A DNA stretch of 64,000 bases from NCBI GenBank assembly GCA_963817895.1, contig CAWFQB010000002.1:640001-704000 (forward strand), read 5' to 3'. Position 1 is the stretch's first letter, and each line of letters opens with the position of its first letter. Positions 19,382 through 28,897 of the stretch are shown piece by piece. Source of the DNA: an uncultured Chthonomonadaceae bacterium (lineage in GTDB: Bacteria; Armatimonadota; Chthonomonadetes; Chthonomonadales; Chthonomonadaceae). The notes under the pieces are model-generated. The model had not been told where the DNA came from and ran no database searches. It saw only the letters and a list, made by a program, of their open reading frames with translations. Position numbers and translations under genes: made by a program.

Positions 19382-20840
19382 ATGGCGAAGAAGATAGCGA
19401 TGATCGGCGCGGGCAGCGTCGTGTTTTGCAAGACGCTGATGAGCGATATTATGGCGACGCCCGCGCTGGCGGACAGCGAGTTCGCGCTGATGAGTCCGAC
19501 GGAAAGCAAGCTGCGGCGCATGGAAGCGTTCGGGCAGCGCATGGTTCGCGACAACGACCTGCCCGGCAAAGTGTGGGCGACGACCGATCGGCGCGAAGCC
19601 ATCCAGGACGCCGATTTCGTGGTCGTGATGATTCAGGTCGGCGGCTTTCATGCGTATGGCGTGGATTACGAGATACCGCTCAAGTACGGCATGGACCAGT
19701 GCATCGGCGACACGCTCGGGCCGGGCGGCATTTTCCGGGGACAGCGGCATATTCCCGTGCTGGTGGACATCGCCAGCGATATGGAGGCGGTCGCCAAACC
19801 GGGCGCGATCATGCTGCAATACGCGAACCCGATGGCCGCCAACTGCCTTGCGCTCGGACGAGTCTAGCAATGTGCCGTTCATCGGCCTGTGTCACGGCGT
19901 CCAGACCACGCTGGATTTGATTGCCGGCTACTGCAACGTGCCGAAAGACGAGATCACGTTCGTCTGCGGCGGCATCAACCACATGGACTGGTTCCTGAAA
20001 CTGGAACACAAGGGGCGCGACCTGTACCCGCAACTGCGCGAATGTTTCGAGAAGCCGGAATACTACAAGAACGAGAAGGTGCGCGGCGAAGTGTTCCGGC
20101 AGTTCGGCTACTTCATGACCGAATCGACCGGGCATCTGTCGCGAGTACGTGCCCTGGTTCCGCAAAAGCAAGGCCGCGCTGGATCTGTACTGCGACGAAC
20201 CCGCGTTCGGCGGCGAGTCGGGCGCGTACTACAAATGGGGCAAGGCGATGGCGGAAAAGTACGCCGAGGTGGACCCGCTGCAATTCGAGATCGACGGCGA
20301 TCGAAGCCCGCAGCGTGGAATACTGCTCCTATATTCTGGAAGCGGTCACGACCGGCAAACCGTTCCGGCTGATGGGCAACGTGTGCAACAACGGCTACAT
20401 CACGAACCTGCCCGCCGACTGCTGCGTGGAAGTGCCGACGTTTGCCGATGATACCGGCCTGCATCCGACCGTGATCGGCAACCTGCCGCCGCAGTGCGCC
20501 GCGCTGTGCATGACCAATATCAACGTGCAGCAGTTGTGCGCCGAAGCCGCTCTAACCGGCGACCCGGAGCATCTCGTTCACGCGCTGGCCCTCGACCCGC
20601 TCACGGCTGCCGTGCTGACCCTCAAAGAGATCCGCGACATGACGGGCGAAATGCTGGAACGAACTGCGCCCGTACCTGCCGCAGTTCGAGGGCAAGTCCC
20701 TGCGCCCGACGCCGATTATCAGCATCCCGGAAAACTGCGCGGCTGTTGACGTGCCGCTCGACCCCGCCCTCGCCATCGGCAAGCGCTTCGGTACGCTCAT
20801 CGAACAAAAAACCGATGCGTCTGAACCTGTCCCGGCATAA
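19382..20840 (+). CDS. GH4 alpha-galactosidase/alpha-glucosidase (MelA-like), with four +1 frameshifts
   Basis: KIAMIGAGSVVF, IGDTLGPGGIFR, YANPMA, GLCHGVQ, GINHMDW, TESTGHLS, VEVP distributed over three frames. Confidence 0.88.
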
Positions 20841-20850
20841 AGCAACCATA

Positions 20851-20932
20851 AACCACGGAGAACACGGAGAGGAGATTGAACCACGGGGGACACGGGGAGA
20901 AGAAGGGGAAGGAGAGTCGGGAGTGATGGGAG
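20851..20932. repeat. Degenerate 9-mer (CACGGAGAA-like) and 8-mer tandem repeats
   Basis: aaccacggagaacacggag..aaccacggggggacacgggg; ggagagtcgggagtgatgggag. Confidence 0.5.
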
Positions 20933-20987
20933 AAATTCTGTTGGCGTCGGCTCATCGGGTGTATAATAGGGGAAGGAGGTTGAGACT

Positions 20988-21248
20988 ATGCAATCCGCAT
21001 TGAAACTGACAGCGACGGTGCTTTCCGGCAAGCGCGTGGAGTTTACCGCGCCTGAACTGACCGAGGGCGAATGTATCGAAGTTATTGTTCTGAAAGACGC
21101 GCCTGTTTCCGTAATTCCAAAACCGGAGCCTCAATTCGCGTCTGCATGGGATTTCATTCAGTCGCTGCCGCCTTCCAACTTAACGGCGGAAGATTGGGAG
21201 CGGATGGAGCGTGAATTTCAAGAGGAGCGTAACTCGTGGGGCGACTGA
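20988..21248 (+). CDS. Putative antitoxin
   Basis: 86 aa, GGAGG RBS, ends EERNSWGD overlapping the PIN gene. Confidence 0.75.
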   Translation: MQSALKLTATVLSGKRVEFTAPELTEGECIEVIVLKDAPVSVIPKPEPQFASAWDFIQSLPPSNLTAEDWERMEREFQEERNSWGD

Positions 21249-21835
21249 TCTTGCCGCTATCGGGGTTAATATACGCCGATGCGCAAATTCCCATATACAG
21301 CGTAGATAACCATCTCAAATATGGCGCTATTTGCGCTCCACTTTGGCAAGTGAAAGCAGGCGCAACTCTAGTATCCAGTGAATTGACACTGATGGAAACG
21401 CTTGTTGGTCCGTTGCGGAGTGGAAATACAGTCAGGCAAAATCAGCGTGAAGCCCTCTGGCAACAGGTCAATACCCGGCTGTTGCCCATCACGCAGGACG
21501 TTCTGCGGGAAGCGGCGCGACTTCGCGCCACCATTCCCGCCCTGAAAACGCCGGACGCCATTCACGCGGCAACCGCTCTGCGGAATGGCTGTGTTTTGTT
21601 CGTTTCCAACGATACGGGATTTCGCCGTATCCCCGGCCTGCCGCTTGTTTTGTTGGATGATGTTCTTGCCGCGCCACAGGCAAACCTTAGCAGCGCGGCT
21701 TGTCACGCTTATGGGATTACGGCTGCTGAAACCATTTCGAGGACGCGGCGCAGGCCATCGTCACCGCCCATGCTGCCCTCGTTGAAGGGGGTGCGCGGAA
21801 TGGGTTTCCAGTTGTCGCGGGACGTGTCCACCTGA
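21236..21835 (+). CDS. vapC: PIN-domain (VapC-like) toxin with suspect C-terminal extension
   Basis: IYADAQ, SELTLMETLVGP, LKTPDAIHAATAL, FVSND. Confidence 0.85.
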   Translation: MGRLILPLSGLIYADAQIPIYSVDNHLKYGAICAPLWQVKAGATLVSSELTLMETLVGPLRSGNTVRQNQREALWQQVNTRLLPITQDVLREAARLRATIPALKTPDAIHAATALRNGCVLFVSNDTGFRRIPGLPLVLLDDVLAAPQANLSSAACHAYGITAAETISRTRRRPSSPPMLPSLKGVRGMGFQLSRDVST

Positions 21836-22971
21836 AAGGTTTGCGGCAGGCCGGTCAGGGTGGGGTCGTACTGCCCGTTGTTGCCGCCGAGTTTGTAAAT
21901 GACAATATCCAACGAGGGGACGACGAAAATGCCGAATCCGCCCGCGCCCGACTTGTAATAAGCGTCACGCGGCGCACCCGCAACGTGTCCGTCGGAATTG
22001 TTCTCGAACATCAGGCTGAAGGGCGTGTGCGGATTATAAGGCAGGGGATTGTTGCATTTGGCGATGTAATCGGCAGGGACAAGCTGCTTGCCGTTCCATT
22101 GCCCGTTGCGCAACAGGCAGTAGCCGAAGCGCAGGGCGTCCGTCGCGTGAACAGCCGTGCTGCCCGCGCCGTTCGCGTGAGGCATGACATAATCGCCCCG
22201 GTGCAGGCAATAGTCCCACGCGCCCCACCCCATCGGCTTCGCCAGACGGGTATCAATATAATCCCGCAGTTCCATGCCCGTGACATGCCGCAGCACAATG
22301 GAGGCGATGTGCGGCGCGGGCGAAGAGTACGAATAGCCGCCTCCCGGAACCGTCCACAACGGCGTTTTTAGCGACGATTGATCCAGATTGCGAATGTCCT
22401 GTCCGGGTACGGGCTGTAACGGCACGACCTGCCCGTTCGTTACGCCGGGACTGCCGCCTTCGCCGTGATACCCCGCCGACATGCACAGCAGTTGTCCCAA
22501 TGTTATATTGGCCTTGCGCGGATCGTCGAGCGGGAATGCTTCGGGCAGATATTGCGGCGTAAATACCTTTGTATCCAATCCCTCCGGTATTTTGTCGTGA
22601 AACTCATGCAGCATGATGCCGCAGGCGATGCTTGTATACGCTTTTCCTGTCGAGGCCATATCCGGGTTGGCGTTGCGAGCCGCGCGGCCATAGTATTTTT
22701 CGTAGACGAGATAGCCGTGCCGCACAACCAGCAGGCCGCCGTTCTGGCTGCACCGCTGCGTGAAATCATAAGCCTGTTCCAGCCGCGCCAAATCCATGCC
22801 CGCCAGTTTGCGAATGGCAGCCGCGTCTTTGAGCGTTCGCCAGCCGCCCTGCGCATCCGGGGGCGGAAAATAATCGGCGGGTTTGGCCTGCGTCAGCGTG
22901 GACGCGAGCAGCAGAAGCAGAGTCAGGGCGCATGTCGCGGAACGGCCCGCAAACCGGCAAATACCAATCAT
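21709..22971 (-). CDS. Secreted serine hydrolase, beta-lactamase/class C-like family
   Basis: Signal peptide, SxxK (STGK), YSYS, LLRNGQWNGKQLVP. Confidence 0.88.
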   Translation of the reverse strand: MIGICRFAGRSATCALTLLLLLASTLTQAKPADYFPPPDAQGGWRTLKDAAAIRKLAGMDLARLEQAYDFTQRCSQNGGLLVVRHGYLVYEKYYGRAARNANPDMASTGKAYTSIACGIMLHEFHDKIPEGLDTKVFTPQYLPEAFPLDDPRKANITLGQLLCMSAGYHGEGGSPGVTNGQVVPLQPVPGQDIRNLDQSSLKTPLWTVPGGGYSYSSPAPHIASIVLRHVTGMELRDYIDTRLAKPMGWGAWDYCLHRGDYVMPHANGAGSTAVHATDALRFGYCLLRNGQWNGKQLVPADYIAKCNNPLPYNPHTPFSLMFENNSDGHVAGAPRDAYYKSGAGGFGIFVVPSLDIVIYKLGGNNGQYDPTLTGLPQTFQVDTSRDNWKPIPRTPFNEGSMGGDDGLRRVLEMVSAAVIP

Positions 22972-22984
22972 AAAATGTCCTCTT

Positions 22985-24346
22985 TTAATGTCCTGTTTTG
23001 AAAACCGTCACGTAAACCAGATAGATATTGAGGGCGGCAATGACGACGGCAATACTCCACCCAGTGGCTTTCGTCCACGCGCCGTTGACAAACGGCCCCA
23101 TCTTGTCTCGGTTACTGGTAAATTGTACCAGAGGAATGACCGCGAATGACAACTGCGCCGACAGCACCACCTGACTGAAAATGAGCAGTTTTTCCGTGCC
23201 ATTCTCGCCATAACGCGCGATCACGAGGACGGCAGGCACAATCGCCAATCCGCGCGAAATCATACGGCGAAGCCAGGGCTTGATGTGGAGATGCGTAAAG
23301 CCCTCCAGCACGATCTGTCCGGCCATTGTTCCCGTAAGCGTGGAGTTCTGCCCCGACGCCAGCAGCGCAATCGCAAACAGCGGGGTCGCCAGCGACGCGC
23401 CGACAATGGGCGAAATCAGTTTGTACGCCTTCTGGATGCTGTCCACGTCGTGCCGTCCCGTCCGGTAAAAGGTAGCGGCGGCGAGTATCAGAATAGCGGC
23501 GTTGACGAATAAAGCGAGCGTCAGCGCGATGGTCGAATCCGTATACGCCATTTTCAAGGCGTCGCGCAATTCAGCAAAGGTTTTGCCGTAAGCCCGCGTC
23601 TGCACAATGGAAGAGTGAAGATACAGGTTGTGTGGCATCACGGTCGCGCCCAGAATACCGAGCGCGATGTACAGCATGTCCCGATTGCGTATGATTTCCG
23701 TATGCGGCACAAAGCCCGACAGCACGGCAGCCACTTCCGGGCGGGCGTAAATCAGTTCCAGCGCGAAAATCGCCATCATGGTCGCAATCAGCGTGATTAC
23801 CAGAATTTCGAGCCAGCGGAAACCCTTATGCTGCAAAGCCAGCACGATTAAGACATCCAACGCGGTCAGCACAACGCCGATGACCATCGGAATATGCCAC
23901 AGCAGATTGAGCGCGATGGCTGCCCCGATCACTTCGGCAATGTCGCAGGCCACAATGGCGATCTCCGCCGACAGCCATAGCATCAGGGAAACCGGCTTGC
24001 CATAAGCGTCCCGGCACGCCTGCGCCAGATCACGGCCTGCCACAATGCCCAGTTTCGCGGCCAACGCCTGCAAAAATATCGCGAGAAAGTTGGAAATAAG
24101 AATCACGGACAGCAGGCGGTAGTTGTACATCGCGCCGCCCGCAATATCCGTCGCCCAGTTGCCGGGGTCCATGTAGCCTACCGCCACCAGATACCCCGGC
24201 CCCGCAAACGCCAGCAGTTTGCGCAGCCAGCCGACATTGAGCGGCACAGCAATAGAACGGTGTACTTCGGGCAGGCTGGGATTGCCCCCCTGTTCGCGCC
24301 ATCCCGCCGTCACGGGCGTCTCTTCCAACATAAGTTCCTTTTCCAA
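22985..24346 (-). CDS. mntH: Nramp-family Mn2+/Fe2+ transporter
   Basis: YMDPGNW and GATVMPHNLYLHS signatures. Confidence 0.97.
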   Translation of the reverse strand: MEKELMLEETPVTAGWREQGGNPSLPEVHRSIAVPLNVGWLRKLLAFAGPGYLVAVGYMDPGNWATDIAGGAMYNYRLLSVILISNFLAIFLQALAAKLGIVAGRDLAQACRDAYGKPVSLMLWLSAEIAIVACDIAEVIGAAIALNLLWHIPMVIGVVLTALDVLIVLALQHKGFRWLEILVITLIATMMAIFALELIYARPEVAAVLSGFVPHTEIIRNRDMLYIALGILGATVMPHNLYLHSSIVQTRAYGKTFAELRDALKMAYTDSTIALTLALFVNAAILILAAATFYRTGRHDVDSIQKAYKLISPIVGASLATPLFAIALLASGQNSTLTGTMAGQIVLEGFTHLHIKPWLRRMISRGLAIVPAVLVIARYGENGTEKLLIFSQVVLSAQLSFAVIPLVQFTSNRDKMGPFVNGAWTKATGWSIAVVIAALNIYLVYVTVFKTGH

Positions 24347-24349
24347 TAT

Positions 24350-24997
24350 CTATCCTACATAGATTCGAGCGGCTGCCTGCGGCGCTACGCGCGCGAGTTC
24401 ATCCCCGACGCGCACAAGGTACGCGCCGCCGAAAGGCTCCTGCTCCACAAATTCAATCGCCGTGCCGGGAAGCAACCCCAACTGCTTCAGATGGCGCAAT
24501 AACGCGGCGTCCTCGTCGGCCACGCGGCGTATGGTCAGATGCGCCGGGGCATGTTGCTGCGCCAGTGTGCGCGTGGAAACCGGCGCGATCACGCCGTCGC
24601 GGGTCGGGATCGGGTCGCCATGCGGACACGCGGCAGGATGACCGAGCAGAGCGTCAATGCGCTCCTCGAACTCTTCGCTGATATGGTGTTCCAGCCGTTC
24701 CGCCTCTTCGTGTACCGCATCCCACTCATAGCCCAGCGCCTGTACGAGATAGAGTTCCAGCAGACGGTGATGCCGGATGATTTCCAGCGCCATTTTTTCG
24801 CCGGCGGGCGTCAACAGAACACCGTGATAGGGCGTATGATCCACCAGCCGCAGTTCCGTCAGGCGCTTGAGCATTTTGCTGACGGCTGCCGCGCTCACCT
24901 GTATACGCGCCGCCAACTCCTGCGTAGTAACCTCGCCGGTCTGCTGATGAGTTTTATAGATCGCCTTGATGTAATCCTCAACGGAAGGAGAAGACAT
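24350..24997 (-). CDS. mntR: DtxR/MntR-family metal-dependent repressor with FeoA domain
   Basis: EDYIKAIY, RHHRLLELYL, EAERLEH, CPHGDPIP. Confidence 0.93.
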   Translation of the reverse strand: MSSPSVEDYIKAIYKTHQQTGEVTTQELAARIQVSAAAVSKMLKRLTELRLVDHTPYHGVLLTPAGEKMALEIIRHHRLLELYLVQALGYEWDAVHEEAERLEHHISEEFEERIDALLGHPAACPHGDPIPTRDGVIAPVSTRTLAQQHAPAHLTIRRVADEDAALLRHLKQLGLLPGTAIEFVEQEPFGGAYLVRVGDELARVAPQAAARIYVG

Positions 24998-25035
24998 GCC
25001 ATACTCCCGAATTTTAACCCCGCTCAGTTCCTGAT

Positions 25036-25090
25036 ATTAACTTCGGTTAATTTCCATTTCTACTATACCCCGTATTTGGTTAAAGGGCAA
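25036..25090 (-). promoter_or_regulatory. mntR-mntH promoter with candidate operator
   Basis: Minus strand TTGCCC, 17 bp spacer, TATAGT; dyad ATTAAC-N4-GTTAAT at 25036-25051. Confidence 0.6.
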
Positions 25091-25158
25091 GTCAAATATG
25101 AACTTTGTTTCTCCTGTTGCTCCATTCTATCCAATCCGTTGCCTGACAGAGGCAAAAT

Positions 25159-25192
25159 AGAGGGGAGAAACTCTGATAAGTTTCTCCCCTCT
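25159..25192 (-). terminator. Terminator of the pilus operon
   Basis: AGAGGGGAGAAACT...AGTTTCTCCCCTCT. Confidence 0.75.
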
Positions 25193-25231
25193 GTTCCACA
25201 TTTTCAGCCGCGAATTACGATGGCAACAGGT

Positions 25232-26056
25232 TTACGGCGATGGTTCTTCGAAAGTGACGCTATTGGCGGCTCCGGTCGCGGTGATGCGGCGCACAGGGCC
25301 GAACGTCGCGTTAGGAGCCATGCTGCCGGGAGCATTGAAGCCCTGTTGGCCGGGCTTGATGGGCATGGCCGCGCTCAGAGACTTGCCAACCTGAATGAAC
25401 CACGTCTGCTTGCCCTGCTTCACATAAACGCCGTCTTCCGTGATGCGCGCTACCGACATGTTGTACGGCATTTTCTCCCCGGCGGACAGGGGATAGGCGC
25501 GGTCGCCGATATGAATCACTGCCACCGCCTGCGGGCCGGCAATAACGCCCGCCAGAATTACCTGATTGGCCTGCAAATTCGCGTCCGTTCCCGGCATCAT
25601 GCTATTGGACTGCGGCGCAATGGGATGTGGAACAAAAGTCGGTTGGATTGTGGTTATGGTCGGCGGAAACACCCGTACTCGTGGCGGCGAGGTGGGCCGG
25701 ATAACCTGACCGGTGACTGGACGATTGAATGGATTTACGTCCGTTGGCACGGTGGGCGTGAAAGGGTCATGCGTTGTCGCCGGTTCCACAACCGCATCGT
25801 CAAACATATTGCCTTTGCTGTTGCTTGCGACATTCTGGCCTGGAGTTCCCATTCCCGCGTTGAGCGGCGCGACAGTCGAAGTTCCCGGTGTGGCGGATAC
25901 CCCGGTTGAAGCATCGGCAGTTCCGGGTTGAGCGGCTGCCGTGTTATTGCCGCCCGTAATCTGTGGCAGTAAGCGAGTGACGCCGAACAGCAGCACCGCG
26001 CCGATAGCGACTCCCAACCCAATAATTTGCGGGCGTTCTTCTGGTTTTATCTTCAT
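25232..26056 (-). CDS. PilP/GspC-like membrane-anchored Pro-rich accessory protein
   Basis: MKIKPEE start, TM helix, HDPF motif, C-terminal ILAGVIAG..AVAVI beta domain. Confidence 0.6.
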   Translation of the reverse strand: MKIKPEERPQIIGLGVAIGAVLLFGVTRLLPQITGGNNTAAAQPGTADASTGVSATPGTSTVAPLNAGMGTPGQNVASNSKGNMFDDAVVEPATTHDPFTPTVPTDVNPFNRPVTGQVIRPTSPPRVRVFPPTITTIQPTFVPHPIAPQSNSMMPGTDANLQANQVILAGVIAGPQAVAVIHIGDRAYPLSAGEKMPYNMSVARITEDGVYVKQGKQTWFIQVGKSLSAAMPIKPGQQGFNAPGSMAPNATFGPVRRITATGAANSVTFEEPSP

Positions 26057-28096
26057 TGTTTTTTGCCCTTGTTTACAAAGATGTCGGCAGGCAGTTTGCG
26101 AGTCGCGCGGGTTCGGGATCGTAAGGCGGGTTTCTTCGATTACTTTCGCCTGCGAATTCGCCCGCTCCGCTTCGGTCATCGTGTTCGTCAGATGCGGCGT
26201 AATAAAGACCATCACCTCGCTACGAGTGCGGTTGTGCTGGCGATACTTGAACAACTCGCCCACGAGCGGCAATTTCGACAAAATCGGCACTTCCGAAACC
26301 GTGCGCGACACATCATCGCGGATCAGGCCGCCGATGATAATGGTTTCGCCATCCGAAACCATGACGGTTGTTTCCGCTTCACGATTGCTTGTCTGCGGAA
26401 TGTTGCCGGCGGACAGGGACGTGATGGTGCTGACAACCGGATGGACGCGCATCGTTATATGGCCGTCCGCATTAACGCGCGGGCGCACCAGCAGAATGAT
26501 TCCGACCGGGAATTCCAGCACCTGAATCGTCGTGCCGGAAATGCCCGACTGCGAAATCTGCGTTCGGACGGTATCGCCGATGAAAATACTGGCGTCGTCG
26601 TTATCCGTTACCTGAACGCGCGGGTCGGCAAGCATCTTGCTGTTGGTGCGCGTGGTCAAAGCGCTGATCTGCGCGCCGAAGGCCGGTCCCAACCGGGTGA
26701 ATGTCGCGCTGTTGAAAGCGCCACTGGTAGGGTTCGCCAACCCGCCATTAGCAGGATTCAGAAGCTGTCCGACCGGGTTGTTGCCTGCTGTGATGGGAGC
26801 ATATTGATACTGTACGCCCAAAGCCTCCACAAACGATGGGGACACATCAATCACTTTCACTTCCACCATCACCTGACGCGGGGCTACGTCAACCTGTTCC
26901 AGTAAAGTCAGCACCTGCGTGATGTCGCCGATTGTGCCGCTCAACACAAGCGTTTTGGCGCGGTCATTCACGCCGCCCCGCCCGTTCGATGTGGAAGTGT
27001 TTCCACCCACCACGCCGCCGGCATTCGCGTTCTGCACACCCGTATCCAGGCTGCCGCCGCCGCTCTGTTCTGTGGAGGTTCCCCCCGTATTGCTTTGCGT
27101 GGTTGACGAGCCGCCGACGCTGCTGGACGCGGATCCCAATGACCCGCCCGTCAGCGGGGTAAAAGAGGGCTTGGGCGGCGAGTAGCTTTCCGGGCCGGTC
27201 AGCACTGTCACTGTAGGCGCGGCACTCTGCAAAAAGGAACGGAGGACGCGCGCGCTGCTGTATTTGATGTTGTAGATACGGTATACGCGGTCGGGTTCTT
27301 TGGGAAGCGCGGTGGCGTCTATAGTTGCCAGGGACTGCCGCGCCCGGTCAATAATGGAGCGCGGGCCGGCAAAACCGATGGAGCCGCCGGCTTTGGCCGG
27401 GTCGCCAATGGCCTCGATTTTCAGTTCAGGATACAGGCTTTTCAGCACGTTCACGGCCTGCGCGGGAATGACATTTTGCACGGCGACTACTTGCGTCTGG
27501 CTCGGATCGGGAGTGCGCAGCGTATCCTGTTCGCGCAGCAGCGCCTGCGCCTGCTGCAAATCCGCTGCCGCGCCAATCAGTAAAACCTGCGACCCGGCAG
27601 GCCGCGCCGTGACATAAGGAAATGCGTCTTCGATCACTTTCATGGCGGCGGCGGGAGATAGCGAGGTCAGCGGCACGCGCGCCTGCTCTCCCAACGGCTC
27701 AATCGCCTGCCGCAACGCGCTTGCCGGGGCCACCACATACGAGTTGCCCACCTGCCGGAACGCCAGCCCGGATGCCGCCGTGATATAGCGCAGGGCCTCT
27801 TCCGTCGTGGAAGCATTGACGTTGATGGTGACGGATTTTTTGCCCTGCCCCGCATACACAATATTGTCTTTGGTGCGGACGCCCAGGGCTTGCAGCACTT
27901 CGGAAACATCGGTATCCACAAAACGGATGCGGATGTCGCCCTTGCGCGGATTGTTCATTTGCAAGACGCCGCTTTTCAGGCCGGCAGTTTGGCTGTTGCC
28001 GTACAAAGGAGTTTGCGTGGCGATTGCGGCGGTCAATGGCAGCAGCAAGTGGCGCGGTTTCAGAACCGCTCTACGTTTGAAGGTTCGCGTGTGCAT
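26053..28096 (-). CDS. Secretin (GspD/PilQ family); frameshift near 26105 makes it appear fused to the next gene
   Basis: RQVMVEVKVIDV, MLADPRV, VGIILLVRPRV, GETIIIGGLI, VPILSKLPLVGELF. Confidence 0.92.
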
Positions 28097-28148
28097 GTCT
28101 CTCAGGATTCCCCTTTACGCGCCAAACTACACGCGATTGATGAAGGAT

Positions 28149-28275
28149 GGGTATTCGGGTATTCAGGCGTTCGGGTATTCAGGCGTTCAGGTGTTCAGCT
28201 TATAGCTTTACCGCGCAAATGCAAATGTATAACTTTCGCGTTTCCTGAATAACTGAATACCTGCATACCTGAACA
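28149..28275. repeat. Convergent octamer repeat pair (GGTATTCA-like x6 / CCTGAATA-like x4)
   Basis: Arms at 28149-28198 and 28244-28275. Confidence 0.85.
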
Positions 28276-28279
28276 TGTC

Positions 28280-28897
28280 TTAACTGTTGGTAGGTGAGGT
28301 GGCGTTGTCCCCGGTCGGCTTGGCAGGAGCGATGATGGGAGTTTCCACATACCGCAGAAGCGTAAACGTAAGGTGCGTGATCGGCCATTGATCCGTGTTC
28401 GTTCCCCGGCTCCACCGCAAGTCCGTGGTGGTGTACAGGCGTGGCGAGTGAAGCAACTGATATAAAAACTGCCGAATGCCGTTGTAATTGCCGGATACTT
28501 CCACGTCGCTCGTGAGCGCCAGAACTCCTGGCGGCAAAGCGTTTTTCTTCGCTTCAGGGCTGTCAGCGGAGGGCGCGGGAACCACGCGATTGGTATAGCG
28601 TACCAGATGTACCTGACTCTGATCCGCAAACTTGCGAATCATATCCAGAAACAGCGATTGCTCATTGAGCGCGGGGGGTATGGCCGCAATTTTACTCAGG
28701 GTTGGCTGGTTTTTAATTTCTAAAGACAACTTGTTCAAAAACACAAGGTCATTCTCGGTTTTGGTCTGTTGCTCCCCCAGGGAACGCAGCCGCGTCACTT
28801 GAAGAAATACAAGGAATCCGGCTGCCAGCACAGCCACGACCGGCATTAACACCGTCGCCAGTTTGATCCAGGAGGCGTTGGAAGACGATTTGCTCAC
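28280..28897 (-). CDS. pilO: PilO/GspM-like protein
   Basis: N-terminal TM, coiled coil, VSGNYNGIRQFLYQLLHSPRL; ATGA overlap. Confidence 0.75.
   Translation of the reverse strand: MSKSSSNASWIKLATVLMPVVAVLAAGFLVFLQVTRLRSLGEQQTKTENDLVFLNKLSLEIKNQPTLSKIAAIPPALNEQSLFLDMIRKFADQSQVHLVRYTNRVVPAPSADSPEAKKNALPPGVLALTSDVEVSGNYNGIRQFLYQLLHSPRLYTTTDLRWSRGTNTDQWPITHLTFTLLRYVETPIIAPAKPTGDNATSPTNS

Noticed and set aside
19382..20840. GH4 pseudogene or programmed frameshifting
   Set aside because: Four isolated +1 bases with no slippery motifs and otherwise conserved motifs; most likely sequencing errors, though unproven without reads.
24539..25909. 456-aa plus-strand ORF
   Set aside because: Overlaps mntR, its promoter and the pilus gene in antisense; no recognisable motifs.
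25232..28096. 954-aa secretin fused to a TM/Pro-rich domain as a novel architecture
   Set aside because: Removing one base near 26105 ends the secretin with KLPADIFVNKGKKQ-TGA overlapping the next ATG (ATGA), a normal two-gene junction.
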